Positions 39,712 through 49,205 of a DNA stretch of 64,000 nt are shown here, piece by piece. Positions within the stretch are counted from its first letter, which is position 1. Each line of letters starts with the position of its first letter. The notes beneath the pieces are model-generated. The model was not told the origin of the DNA, did no database searches, and saw only the letters and a list, made by a program, of their open reading frames with translations. Location: NCBI RefSeq assembly GCF_963528945.1, contig NZ_CAURWX010000003.1, positions 265,674 through 329,673 of the forward strand. The letters are read 5' to 3'. This stretch comes from an uncultured Microbacterium sp. (GTDB lineage Bacteria; Actinomycetota; Actinomycetes; Actinomycetales; Microbacteriaceae). The translations under genes and the position numbers were made by a program.

Positions 39712-40719
39712 ATGCCGTCGAGAACCCGCGGGGTCACGAGCATCGATGTCGCCAAGGCGGCGGGCGTCTCGCAGACCACCGTCTCGCGCATCGTCAACGG
39801 TCGCGAAGGCGTCTCCGACGAGATCCGCACCCGGGTCGAGGCCGCCATCGAACGGCTCGGCTACCGCCCGAACCTCAGCGCCCGCAGCCTCGTCACCAGC
39901 CGGACACAGACGATCGGCGTCGTGCTGGGCGACCCGCGCAACAGCTACTACGCCGAGCTGCTGCACACCATCAGCGGCGAACTCACCCGCGCCGGCTACC
40001 GCACCCTCATCCTCTCGGGCCGCGCCGACACCACGGAAGACCTCGCCCGCACACTGTGGGAGACGAACGTCGACGGCGTCATCCTCACCACCACCCTGCT
40101 GTCGGCCGACGACGAGGGTCGCATCGTCTCGCTCGGCGTGCCGGCCGTGACGATGGGCCCGGGCGCCGTGACCGACAACGACTCGATCTCGCCCGACAAC
40201 CTCGACGGCGGCCGCATCGCCGGCCGTCATCTCACGTCACTCGGGCACCGCCGCATCGGCGTCATCGCCGGTCCGCTCACCACCGCCTCCGTGCGCGAGC
40301 GCCACGAGGGCTTCCTCGCCGCACTGGCCGACGCCGGCGTCGAGTTCCACGACGAGCTGTTCGAGTCGGCGAACCTCGACTACACCCGCGCCTTCGACGC
40401 CGCGACGCGCCTGCTGCGCCTGCCCGAACCGCCGACGGCGCTGTTCTGCCACAACGACCTCACCGCGTTCGGCGCCCTCAACGCCGCGAAGGCCCTCGGC
40501 ATCGGCGTTCCCGAGGATGTGTCGATCCTCGGCTTCGACGACGTCGCGATGTCGTCGTGGCAGGCGTTCGACCTCACGACGGTGCGCCAGCCGATCCTCG
40601 ACATGGCGCATGGCGCGGTCGAGCTGCTGCTCGCCCGCCTCGCGTCGCCCGGGCAGGATGCCGCGCATGTGCTGCTCCCCTGCTCGCTCGTGGAGCGCTC
40701 CACCACCCGCGCCCTCTGA
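39712..40719 (+). CDS. LacI family transcriptional regulator
   Basis: 335 aa with HTH SIDVAKAAGVSQTTVSRIVNG. GAGGAGG RBS. Confidence 0.85.
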   Translation: MPSRTRGVTSIDVAKAAGVSQTTVSRIVNGREGVSDEIRTRVEAAIERLGYRPNLSARSLVTSRTQTIGVVLGDPRNSYYAELLHTISGELTRAGYRTLILSGRADTTEDLARTLWETNVDGVILTTTLLSADDEGRIVSLGVPAVTMGPGAVTDNDSISPDNLDGGRIAGRHLTSLGHRRIGVIAGPLTTASVRERHEGFLAALADAGVEFHDELFESANLDYTRAFDAATRLLRLPEPPTALFCHNDLTAFGALNAAKALGIGVPEDVSILGFDDVAMSSWQAFDLTTVRQPILDMAHGAVELLLARLASPGQDAAHVLLPCSLVERSTTRAL

Positions 40720-40799
40720 GCCCGCTCCCGCACCTCCCCACCCCCGTACCCCGGGCCCCGCCCCTGCTCACCCCGCCCTCGCCCCCCTCTACCCCGGTT

Positions 40800-40853
40800 G
40801 CGGGATCGAAATCGCACGCCCAAGCGCCGGGGAGCGTGCGATTTTGATCCCGC
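40800..40853. repeat. hairpin repeat family A, copy 3 (fully paired form)
   Basis: GCGGGATCGAAATCGCACGC...GCGTGCGATTTTGATCCCGC, same N38 geometry. Flanked by a C-rich tract (40741-40797) and a G-rich tract (40862-40920). Confidence 0.9.
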
Positions 40854-40896
40854 ATCGTTGGTGAGGCGGGACGGGGGGCGGGGCGGGGACCGCGGG

Positions 40897-41877
40897 TCAG
40901 GAGGCGAGGGCGGGGGCGGATGCCGGGACCGCGCACGAGAAGCGGGCCCGGTAGGCCGTGGGCGTCGTACCGAGCACGCGGGCGAAGTTCTGCCGCAGCA
41001 CCGCGGCCGATCCGAAGCCGCACTCCTCAGCGATGCGGTCGAGGGCGAGGTCGGTGCGTTCGAGCATCCGCTGCGCGTGGATGATGCGCTGCCGGGCGAG
41101 CCAGGCCGCGGGCGTCGCCCCGTACTCGGCCTTGAACCGCCGCGCGAAGGTGCGCGGCGACATGAGCGCTCGGGCGGCGAGTTGATCGACGCCGAGGTCG
41201 TCGCGGAGGTGCTCGACGGCCCAGTCGGCCACGGCCGCGAGCGAGTCGCTCGGCACGACGGGGATGGGGCGATCGATGAACTGCGCCTGGCCGCCGTCGC
41301 GCTGCGGCGGCACGACCATGCGGCGGGCGATGCGGTTGGCGAGTTCGGCTCCGAGCTCGACGCGCAGCAGGTGCAGGCAGGCATCGATGCCTGCGGCCGT
41401 GCCGGCGCTCGTGATGACCCGGCCGTCCTGCACGAACAGCACATCGGGGTCGATCTCGACCTCGGGGTACATCGCCGCGAGCGTCTCGGAGTACATCCAG
41501 TGGGTGGTCGCCCGTCGCCCGTCGAGCACCCCGGCTGCACCGAGGATGAAAGAGCCGCTGCAGATCGTGAGCACCCAGGCCTCGCGCTCGACGGCGTGCC
41601 GAGCGACGTCGATCAGCAGCGGGTCGATATTCGTCCAGTACTCGCGCGGGATCGGGCAGAACACCACGAGGTCGGCCTCGTACGCGAATGCGAGATCGTG
41701 CTCGACGTTGATCGAGAACCCGAGCTTCGAGGTGACGACCCCCGGATGCGGCGCGACGACGCGGAAGTCGAAGTTGGGCACACCGTCGGCCGACCGATCC
41801 AATCCGAACGCCTCGCAGGCGAGCCCGAACTCGAACGGGGCGAAACCGTCTTGGACGATGCAGGCGACGGTCTTCAC
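40897..41877 (-). CDS. GlxA family transcriptional regulator (DJ-1/PfpI domain + AraC HTH)
   Basis: 326 aa with VACIVQDGFAPFEF, ICSGSF and a C-terminal AraC-type HTH. GGAGG RBS before the GTG at 41877. The ORF track allows 41928. Confidence 0.8.
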   Translation of the reverse strand: MKTVACIVQDGFAPFEFGLACEAFGLDRSADGVPNFDFRVVAPHPGVVTSKLGFSINVEHDLAFAYEADLVVFCPIPREYWTNIDPLLIDVARHAVEREAWVLTICSGSFILGAAGVLDGRRATTHWMYSETLAAMYPEVEIDPDVLFVQDGRVITSAGTAAGIDACLHLLRVELGAELANRIARRMVVPPQRDGGQAQFIDRPIPVVPSDSLAAVADWAVEHLRDDLGVDQLAARALMSPRTFARRFKAEYGATPAAWLARQRIIHAQRMLERTDLALDRIAEECGFGSAAVLRQNFARVLGTTPTAYRARFSCAVPASAPALAS

Positions 41878-41964
41878 AGGGCCTCCGAGGCTTGGCAGGA
41901 TTCCTACGGATACCGTCCGTGCTGCCACTCGTGGCAGTTACGGCGCTTCCGTAGCGTTTCTGCC

Positions 41965-42126
41965 ATGGTACTCCTCCTTCTCCTCCTCGCCTCCGTCACC
42001 TGGGCCGGCGTCGCCACGGCCGTCGAACTGCGCCGCGACGGATACCGCCCGACCCCGACCGACTGGAACCGCGTGCCGCCGGGCGACCCCCTGCAGCGCG
42101 CCGAGACCGCGCACGGCTACCGCTGA
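41965..42126 (+). CDS. small single-TM protein (hypothetical)
   Basis: 53 aa with high GC3. TAGCGT-N7-ATG. Divergent from the glxA-like gene. Confidence 0.35.
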   Translation: MVLLLLLLASVTWAGVATAVELRRDGYRPTPTDWNRVPPGDPLQRAETAHGYR

Positions 42127-42224
42127 CCCGCGGGACTGCGGCGCGGCATCCCGCACGCACCGATGCCCGGAATCCCGGCGCCCGCCCATCGCGCCGAGAA
42201 CACCCGGGGGTCTACGCTCGGGGC

Positions 42225-42875
42225 ATGAGCGACCCGCAGCAGCCGTCCTTCCCGCCGTCCCCGTCCCCGCACTTCGGCCAGCAGCAGCCCGGCGCGCAGC
42301 CCGGTCAGCAGTACGGCCAGCAGCCCGGCCAGCAGCAGTACGGCCAGCAGCAGCCGGGCGCGCACCAGGCCGGCGCCCCGCAGCCCGCCTCGCCGTACGG
42401 CCAGCAGCAGGGCCAGCAGCCGTACGGCCAGCAGCCCGGCCAGCAGCAGCCCGGCACGCAGCAGCCGTTCGGACAGGCCGCCCCGCAGCATCCGGGCTCC
42501 TACGGCGCCCCGCAGGCCCAGCCCGCATACGGCCAGCAGCCGTACCCGCAGAACGCGGGCGGCACGGGCGGCGGACTCGCGCGTCTGGCGTTCATCCTCG
42601 CGCTCGTCGGCTTCGCGATCTCGACCCTCTACTCGCTGATCTACCCGTTCATCTTCCTGGCGCAGCCGATGGACTACGAGGGCCTGGGCGTGCTCGGGTT
42701 CGTGGTCAACCTGCTGGGCTTCCTCGCCGCCGCAGCCGCACTCACCCTGGGGCTCATTTCGCTGCGACGCACCGACTCGCGTCTGCTCGCCGGCATCGCG
42801 ATCGGCGTCGGCGGCGCTCAGGTCGTCGGCGTGCTGGTGGGCTGGGTGAGTTCGCTCTTCTACGCGCTGGGCTGA
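42225..42875 (+). CDS. membrane protein with a Q/G/P/Y-rich low-complexity N-terminal domain
   Basis: 216 aa. Residues ~1-105 are YGQQ(P)GQQ-type repeats and the C-half has 3 TM helices. TACGCT-N6-ATG. Confidence 0.6.
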   Translation: MSDPQQPSFPPSPSPHFGQQQPGAQPGQQYGQQPGQQQYGQQQPGAHQAGAPQPASPYGQQQGQQPYGQQPGQQQPGTQQPFGQAAPQHPGSYGAPQAQPAYGQQPYPQNAGGTGGGLARLAFILALVGFAISTLYSLIYPFIFLAQPMDYEGLGVLGFVVNLLGFLAAAAALTLGLISLRRTDSRLLAGIAIGVGGAQVVGVLVGWVSSLFYALG

Positions 42876-42900
42876 CGACGCGCTCCCGCATGCCGGCCGC

Positions 42901-42965
42901 GAGACCTCACGTGTGCCCTGAGACACCACGGCACACGTGCGGCCTCACGGCAGAAGTGGTGTCTC
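42901..42965. repeat. hairpin repeat family C, copy 3
   Basis: GAGACCTCAC (42901), GAGACACCAC (42920), inverted GTGGTGTCTC (42956-42965). 26-nt loop. The right arm overlaps the stop codon of the GT4 gene. Confidence 0.85.
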
Positions 42966-44184
42966 ACCGCGCGCCGAGCACCCGCTCGTACACCTCGACC
43001 ATCGCGGCCGTGCGACTCGACTGACGGAACGCCTCGGCGACCTCGGGAGAGGGGGTCGGTGCGCGGCCGTCGGAGATGTCGGATACGGCGATCCGCAGCG
43101 TCTCGGCGAGCGCGTCGACGCGGCGCGGCTCGTCGGCTCCGGCATCCGGAACTGCCCAGAACCCGCTGCCCAGCTCGGCGGCAATGTCGGGGTCGCTGAT
43201 GATCGACGGCGTCCCCAGGGTGGCTGCCTCGAACGGGGTCATGCCCTGCGTCTCGAAGCCGATCGACGTCTGCACGAGAGCATCCGCCGCCGCGATGCGG
43301 GCCAGCGTCTCGGGGTAGGTGAGGCGCCCGGCGAAGCGCACGCCGTCGCGACCGGCGACGATGCGCTCGGCGGCCGCGCGCTGCCCTCCGCCGCCGATCA
43401 CCTCGAGCTCGGCATCGACACCCGAGGCCACCCACGACTCCAGGAACGGCAGCAGGCGCTTCTCGGGACTCATGCGGCCGAGCCACACGAAGCGCGGACG
43501 TCCGGGCGGGCGGGTCGACGGAGCATCCGCCAGTGTCTGGGCGCGCACATCGTCGTCGATGCCGTTCCAGACGACGTCGACGTGGTCGAAAACTCCGTGC
43601 TGCTCGAGCCGTCGCGCGAAGTGGGTCGACGGGGCGGTGACGGCGGATGCCTCGGCCGCGAGCCCCCGCAGGAACGCCCATCCGTCGCTCCCGCCGACCC
43701 GCTCGCCCACGCCGCGCAGGGCGGCTCGACGCCAGGCGTTCAGCACCGCGAGGGCCGGGCGGTGCAGCGGGGTCACCGCGGCCATGCCGACGTCGACGCG
43801 GTTGTGCATGGTGTGCACCACGGGGATGCCGTGGCGGTGGGCGTAACGGTGTCCGATGAACGCGCCCCAGAAGTCGGCCTGCACGTGCACCAGGTCGACC
43901 GCGGGACGAGCGGCCATCGCCCGGTCGAGCACCCGGTCGGTCGCGCGCCCCGGCCAGCTCATCGCGTACTCGCGGTCGAGTGTGATCGGCATCGAGGGCA
44001 GGTCGAGGTTCCCCGGGTGCGGGGCCGTGTGCTGCGCGCGAGCGCCGTGCATGCGCGGTGCCACGACCGTGACCGTGTGCCCGGCGCGTTCGAGGAAATC
44101 CCGCTGCAGCCGCATCGACACCTGCGCACCGCCGAGCGAGTCGAGGTGCTGGTCGCCGAAGAACACGACGTGCATCGGCGTCAC
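42964..44184 (-). CDS. glycosyltransferase family 4 (GT-B fold)
   Basis: 406 aa. The MHVVFFGDQHLDSLGGAQV N-terminus and C-terminal E-x7-E-like region (FETQGMTPFEAATLGTP) fit GT4. Confidence 0.8.
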   Translation of the reverse strand: MTPMHVVFFGDQHLDSLGGAQVSMRLQRDFLERAGHTVTVVAPRMHGARAQHTAPHPGNLDLPSMPITLDREYAMSWPGRATDRVLDRAMAARPAVDLVHVQADFWGAFIGHRYAHRHGIPVVHTMHNRVDVGMAAVTPLHRPALAVLNAWRRAALRGVGERVGGSDGWAFLRGLAAEASAVTAPSTHFARRLEQHGVFDHVDVVWNGIDDDVRAQTLADAPSTRPPGRPRFVWLGRMSPEKRLLPFLESWVASGVDAELEVIGGGGQRAAAERIVAGRDGVRFAGRLTYPETLARIAAADALVQTSIGFETQGMTPFEAATLGTPSIISDPDIAAELGSGFWAVPDAGADEPRRVDALAETLRIAVSDISDGRAPTPSPEVAEAFRQSSRTAAMVEVYERVLGAR

Positions 44185-45392
44185 TCGGGTAGCGGGGCGT
44201 CGCGGTACAGCGCCTCGAACGTGTCGAGCGTGCGGTTGATGTCGTGGATGACGACACCGTCGAGCGAGGCCTGCTGCATCCGCTCGTACTCAGCCGGGTC
44301 GGCCGTGAGCACGTCGGTGAGACGGGCGGCGAGTTCGTCGGCGTTGCCCGGCTCGAACAGGTAGCCGTTCTCGCCGTCGTGCACGAGGTGCGGCAGGGCG
44401 ACGGCATCCGCCGCGACGATCGGCAGCGCCGACGCCATCGCCTCCATGGTCGCGATCGACTGCAGTTCGGCGATCGACGCGATCACGAACAGGCTGGCGC
44501 GCGAGAGCAGCGCCCGCAGCTCCTCGTCTGTGGTGCGGCCGTGGAACGTGACCCGCTCGGCGAGGCCGAGCTGCGCGGCGAGGTTCTCGAGCTGCTTGCG
44601 CTGGTCGCCACCGCCGACGATGTCGAACGTGGTGTCGAGCGCCGGGTCGAGCTTCGTCATCGCCTGCAGGATGACCTCGATCTGCTTCTCGGCGGTGAGG
44701 CGTCCGACGAAGACGATGCGGTTCTGCTCGCGCGTGCCCAGCACGGGCGTGTACTGGGTGCGGTCGATGCCGCAGCTCACCGGGATGACGCCCTTCACCG
44801 CGACGGTCTTCTCGAGGAAGTCGGCGGCACGGCGGGTGGGCGTCGTCACGGCCCGCGCGAGATCGAACGTGCGCTTGGCGTCGGCCCACGCGTGCCTCAG
44901 GATGAACCGGTTGACCGCATCCGGCATCTTCGTGTGCTCGAGGATGTTCTCAGCCATCACATGGTTCGTGGCGACCACCGGGATGCCCCGCTGACGCGCG
45001 ATGCGCGCGAGACCGCGACCAATCACGATGTGCGACTGGATGTGCACGACATCGGGGTTCACCCGGTCGAGCACCGTGCGGGCGTAGTGCTTCGAGCGCC
45101 ACGGCCACACGAAACGCAGCCAGTCGTGCGGCGCCCAGCGCACCGAGGGCAGTCGGTGCAGGGTCATGCGCTCGCCCTCGATGATCTCGGTGTGCGGGCG
45201 CGCACGGCGATACGCCTGGTTCGGCGCCGAGACGTGCACGTCGTGTCCGCGCTGCACGAGACCGGCGGCGAGCCGCTCGGCGAAGCGGGCGGCTCCGTTG
45301 ATGTCGGGCGCGAACGTGTCGGCGCCGATCAGGATGCGCAGCGGCCGCTCACCGGCGGATGCGCTCGTCGGGTCGGAGGGAGAATCAGACAT
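44181..45392 (-). CDS. glycosyltransferase family 4 (GT-B fold)
   Basis: 403 aa with ILIGADTFAPDINGAARF and the C-terminal ELQSIATMEAMASALPIV motif. 4-nt overlap with the downstream GT4 gene. Confidence 0.8.
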   Translation of the reverse strand: MSDSPSDPTSASAGERPLRILIGADTFAPDINGAARFAERLAAGLVQRGHDVHVSAPNQAYRRARPHTEIIEGERMTLHRLPSVRWAPHDWLRFVWPWRSKHYARTVLDRVNPDVVHIQSHIVIGRGLARIARQRGIPVVATNHVMAENILEHTKMPDAVNRFILRHAWADAKRTFDLARAVTTPTRRAADFLEKTVAVKGVIPVSCGIDRTQYTPVLGTREQNRIVFVGRLTAEKQIEVILQAMTKLDPALDTTFDIVGGGDQRKQLENLAAQLGLAERVTFHGRTTDEELRALLSRASLFVIASIAELQSIATMEAMASALPIVAADAVALPHLVHDGENGYLFEPGNADELAARLTDVLTADPAEYERMQQASLDGVVIHDINRTLDTFEALYRDAPLPE

Positions 45393-45527
45393 GCTGCCTT
45401 ACGGTAAGCGGTCGAGGAGTGCCCGGCGGGGCGGCCCGTGAGGGCGCTGGCCACTCTACCGGAGGGCCCTGCGCGGGCTGCAGAGGCCCACCGGCATCCT
45501 CTCGGGTCGACCGTCTACCGTGGGGTC

Positions 45528-46115
45528 ATGCGACTGATTGCGGATGCCGACCCCGCGCTGTGGATCCCCGTGACCGACTCCCTCGGCTGGAGGGGGCGGC
45601 GTCACCGCAAGGCCGCGATCCGCATGCTGCTGGGTCAGGCGAACCAGACGCTGGGCGCGACGGGGCGCCCGGGCTCGAAGCTCGGCGCCTGGGCGATGAA
45701 CCAGGCGGCGCCGATGCTCATGAAGCGCGCCGACGGCCGAGTGCTCGTGTGGACGTGGAAGGCCGAGCCCGACCTCGTCGTCGCGATGGCGACCGTGCAG
45801 CAGCTCACCCCCGAGCTGCGCATCGCGCGGGCGTCGATGCCGATGGAGTACGACGACACGGTGACGTTCCGCACGGCCCTCGGCGCCGGCGAGAAGCTGA
45901 TCGTGCCGGTGCCGCCGTCGCCGAATGCGCCGCCGTTCGCGACCTACACGTGGGACGCGGGGTCGCACCTCATCACCCTCACCGCGATCTGCAGCGACCG
46001 CGAGCGCTTCGGCACGGTCGAGAGCGCACTCGACGACCTCGCGCGGAGCATCCGCATCGCCGACGACCTCACCGGCGGCGAGTCGGGCGACGTGCTCCGC
46101 CTCCCTCCCGCCTGA
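45528..46115 (+). CDS. hypothetical protein
   Basis: 195 aa with high GC3 and no motif I recognise. The start was chosen because TACCGT-N6-ATG precedes 45528. Confidence 0.45.
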   Translation: MRLIADADPALWIPVTDSLGWRGRRHRKAAIRMLLGQANQTLGATGRPGSKLGAWAMNQAAPMLMKRADGRVLVWTWKAEPDLVVAMATVQQLTPELRIARASMPMEYDDTVTFRTALGAGEKLIVPVPPSPNAPPFATYTWDAGSHLITLTAICSDRERFGTVESALDDLARSIRIADDLTGGESGDVLRLPPA

Positions 46116-46154
46116 CCCGCGCCCTCCTCCCCTCTTCCCCCCGGTCCACATCCG

Positions 46155-46213
46155 CTCCCGTCGCATTTTCTGTCGCCTGGAGCGTGTAGAAGCGACAGAA
46201 AATGCGACGGGAG
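46155..46213. repeat. hairpin repeat family B, copy 3 (perfect 22-bp stem)
   Basis: CTCCCGTCGCATTTTCTGTCGC-N15-GCGACAGAAAATGCGACGGGAG, with a C-rich 5' flank and a G-rich 3' flank. Confidence 0.9.
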
Positions 46214-46243
46214 CGGTGGGGGGTGGGTGTGGGACGGACGGGG

Positions 46244-46711
46244 TCAGGGGTGCAGGCGCATGCAAACGAGCGAGGGGCGAGCATCCCACGACGGCACGGG
46301 GGTGAAGCCGCGCGATTCGTACAGACGGATGGCGTCGGTACGCCACTGCCAGACGGAGAGGCGCACACGACCCCCGGCGGCGACCACGGCGGCGTCGAGG
46401 AGCGCGGAGCCCACGCCCCGCCCGCGCACGTCCGGCGCGGCCCACAGCCGCTTGATCTCCCACTCGCCCTCGACCTCGCGCAGCACGACGACGCCGACGA
46501 CCTCGCCCGCGATCTCGGCGCCCCATACCGAGCAGTCCGCGTAGGCGATCAGCGGGTCGTTGACCTCGGCCGCGTACGCCGCGGGGAGCCCGACGGTGGG
46601 AGCGGCGACTCCGCGGGCGACCTTCTCCTTCTCCGTCTGCCGGAGATACTCCGCGACGAGCCGCGCCACCGCCCCCGCATCCGTCCCCGCGAGTTCCGCC
46701 CGTCGAATCAT
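46244..46711 (-). CDS. GNAT family N-acetyltransferase
   Basis: 155 aa. The acetyl-CoA motif region is VVVLREV...RLWAAPDVRGRGVGSALLD. The upstream extension to 46738 lies in the G-rich repeat flank. Confidence 0.8.
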   Translation of the reverse strand: MIRRAELAGTDAGAVARLVAEYLRQTEKEKVARGVAAPTVGLPAAYAAEVNDPLIAYADCSVWGAEIAGEVVGVVVLREVEGEWEIKRLWAAPDVRGRGVGSALLDAAVVAAGGRVRLSVWQWRTDAIRLYESRGFTPVPSWDARPSLVCMRLHP

Positions 46712-46769
46712 CCCCCCAGTCTCCCCCCTCTCCCCCACCTCCTGCTCTCCCCCTCTCCCCTCCCTCCTG

Positions 46770-46828
46770 CTCCCGTCGCATTTTCTGTCGCCTGGAGTGC
46801 GGAGAAGCGACAGAAAATGCGACGGGAG
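46770..46828. repeat. hairpin repeat family B, copy 4 (perfect 22-bp stem)
   Basis: Arms are identical to copy 3. The loop CTGGAGTGCGGAGAA differs from CTGGAGCGTGTAGAA in copy 3. Confidence 0.9.
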
Positions 46829-46849
46829 CAGAAGGGGAGGGAGGGAGGG

Positions 46850-48217
46850 TCAGCCGGCGGTGGCCTTGTCGTAGGCGCGCATCGCGGCCTGCTGGGCGTC
46901 GGCCAGAGCATCCTCGGGGCTCTTGTCGCCGAGCAGCGCCGCGGTGATGGCGTTGTTCAGCTCGTTCTGGATCTCCTGCCCCGCGGGCGACGACCCGAAC
47001 GACTGGCCGTAGTCGACCACGTCGTAGTAGGTCGAGATCACCTGGTCGAAGCCGGCGTTGCCGCTCTCGACCACGTACTCGTCGCGCAGGCGCTGATCGG
47101 CCGCGGGCGAGCCGGTGAACAGGCCCGTGTTGATGCCGCCGTCGGCCTTGCGGGTCTCGGCCCGCGCCGCACCGGCCTCGTCCCACGCCTCGTCCGAGGT
47201 GAGGTCGAGCATCCAGGCGCACGCGGCGGAGGGGTTCTTCGCCCCGGCCGGGATGACGAACGCGGTGCCGGAGGCGACCGAGAACGGCTCGCCGTCGGCG
47301 TCGCGGAACGGCACCGCCTCGAGCTGCACCTGGTCGACGTACGGCGAGAGCACGTTCGGGTACCACTGGGCGTTGACCTGTGCGCCGACCTGACCGGCGA
47401 CGTACTGGTTGTTGTCGCCGAACGTGTCGAACGAGTCGGTGAAGCTCTTCACCGCGGCGAAGCCGCCCTGGGCATCCGTGATCTGCTTCAGCATCTCGAT
47501 GCCGGCGACGTTGCTCGGGTCGTCGAGGGTGGGCTTGCCGTCCTCGTCGTTGAGCTGGCCGCCGAGGGCGAGCACCCACAGGCCGCTCTGCCCCGTGGCG
47601 ACGGGGTCGAAGCCGAGCCGGGTGGGCACGCCGTTCGACTCCTGGTACATCTTCTCGATCGCGGCGAGCAGCACGTCGGGCTTCGACGTGTCGATCTCCT
47701 CGGCCGTGACACCCGCCTCGTCGAGCACGGTCTTGTTCAGCAGGATCGCGGGCGGCTGGTAGAACTGCGGCACGCCCCACACGGCGTCGTCGTAGGTGAC
47801 GTCGTCGACGACGGCCTCGTACCAGTACGAGCGCGGGTCGACGTCGTGCGCGTCGAAGCAGGCGTCGAGCGGCATGATCAGGTCTTGCGCGGCGTAGGTC
47901 GTGACGTAGCGGCGGTCCATCTGCACCACATCGGGCACGTCGCCCGAGGCCAGGCGCGTCGTGAACTTCTGCGCATCGAATGCGGTCGCGTCGAGGTCGA
48001 CCTCGACCCCGTCGAGTTGCGCGGCGGCGTAGTCGAGGCGCGAGGTTCCGACGTCGTCGGCGTTCTCGAAGCCCCAGGCCGAGAGGGTTCCCTCGGGTTC
48101 GGCGTCGAAGTCGGCGTCGGCGGCCTGGCCGCCACCTCCCGACCCGCATCCGGCGAGGACCACGACGGATGCCGTGACGAGAGCTGCGGCAGCGGCTGTT
48201 CTGCGCATCATGTTCAT
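46850..48217 (-). CDS. ABC transporter substrate-binding lipoprotein (carbohydrate, family 1)
   Basis: 455 aa with a signal peptide and lipobox (VVVLAGCGSGG). Confidence 0.85.
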   Translation of the reverse strand: MNMMRRTAAAAALVTASVVVLAGCGSGGGGQAADADFDAEPEGTLSAWGFENADDVGTSRLDYAAAQLDGVEVDLDATAFDAQKFTTRLASGDVPDVVQMDRRYVTTYAAQDLIMPLDACFDAHDVDPRSYWYEAVVDDVTYDDAVWGVPQFYQPPAILLNKTVLDEAGVTAEEIDTSKPDVLLAAIEKMYQESNGVPTRLGFDPVATGQSGLWVLALGGQLNDEDGKPTLDDPSNVAGIEMLKQITDAQGGFAAVKSFTDSFDTFGDNNQYVAGQVGAQVNAQWYPNVLSPYVDQVQLEAVPFRDADGEPFSVASGTAFVIPAGAKNPSAACAWMLDLTSDEAWDEAGAARAETRKADGGINTGLFTGSPAADQRLRDEYVVESGNAGFDQVISTYYDVVDYGQSFGSSPAGQEIQNELNNAITAALLGDKSPEDALADAQQAAMRAYDKATAG

Positions 48218-48245
48218 TTCCTTTCTCGGCGGCGGCGGATGCCGC

Positions 48246-49205
48246 TCATCCCTTGCGTCCCTGGGTGGCCACGCCCTCGATGAAGTACCGCTGCCCGAAG
48301 GCGAACAGCACGAGCATCGGGAGGGTGACCAGCAGGGCCGCGACCATGACGTACTGGTAGTCCCCGTGGCCGCCCGCGGTGGGGCTGTACTTCGTCATCG
48401 CGTAGGCGATGCCGAGCGGGGCGGTGAAGTCCTCCGGAGAGCCGGCGTTGAGGTAGATGAGCGCCGACTGCAGGTTGTTCCAGCTCGCCTGGAACTCGAA
48501 CAGGAAGACGATGACGAATGACGGGATCGACAGGGGCATCGCGATGCGCCAGAACATCTTCCAGTAGCTCGCGCCGTCGAGTCGGGCGGCCTCGAACAGG
48601 TCGCGCGGCAGCCCGAGGAAGAACTGCCGCTGCAGGAAGATGTAGAACGCCGACCCGAAGAGGTTCATGCCCCACAGCGGCACCCAGGTGCCGAGCATCC
48701 CGGTCTGCTTCCAGATCAGGTAGATCGGGATCATGGTGACCGCGCCGGGGAGCATCATCGTCGCCAGCACGAGGCCGAACAGCAGCCCGCGCCCCGGGAA
48801 CCGGAAGTACGCGAACCCGAACGCCACGACCGAGCTCGAGATCGACACGGCCGCGGCGGCGAGCAGCGCGATCATGACGCTGTTGAACATCCAGTTCGTC
48901 AGCGGCAGCTGGTTCCAGACCTCGACGTAGTTCTCGGGGGTCGGCGTCTTCGGGATGAGCGAGTTGTCGAACACCTCGCCGCGCGGCTTGAGGCTCGCCG
49001 CGAGCAGCCACACGAACGGGTACAGGAACAGGGCCGCGAACCCGATGAGCAGCACGAGACGCAGGATGCGCCCCACGACACTGCTCTCGCGGGCGGCGGC
49101 GGTGTTGCGTCGGCGCCGGCGCTTCTCGGGAACCGTGACGACCGTGGTCGACGGCTCGCGCGGCGGCTCGACCGACGAGGGCAGGGGGCGGTAGGACGTG
49201 GACAT
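48246..49205 (-). CDS. carbohydrate ABC transporter permease (MalG-like)
   Basis: 319 aa with the EAA-type loop FEAARLDGASYWKMFWRIAMP. Confidence 0.85.
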   Translation of the reverse strand: MSTSYRPLPSSVEPPREPSTTVVTVPEKRRRRRNTAAARESSVVGRILRLVLLIGFAALFLYPFVWLLAASLKPRGEVFDNSLIPKTPTPENYVEVWNQLPLTNWMFNSVMIALLAAAAVSISSSVVAFGFAYFRFPGRGLLFGLVLATMMLPGAVTMIPIYLIWKQTGMLGTWVPLWGMNLFGSAFYIFLQRQFFLGLPRDLFEAARLDGASYWKMFWRIAMPLSIPSFVIVFLFEFQASWNNLQSALIYLNAGSPEDFTAPLGIAYAMTKYSPTAGGHGDYQYVMVAALLVTLPMLVLFAFGQRYFIEGVATQGRKG

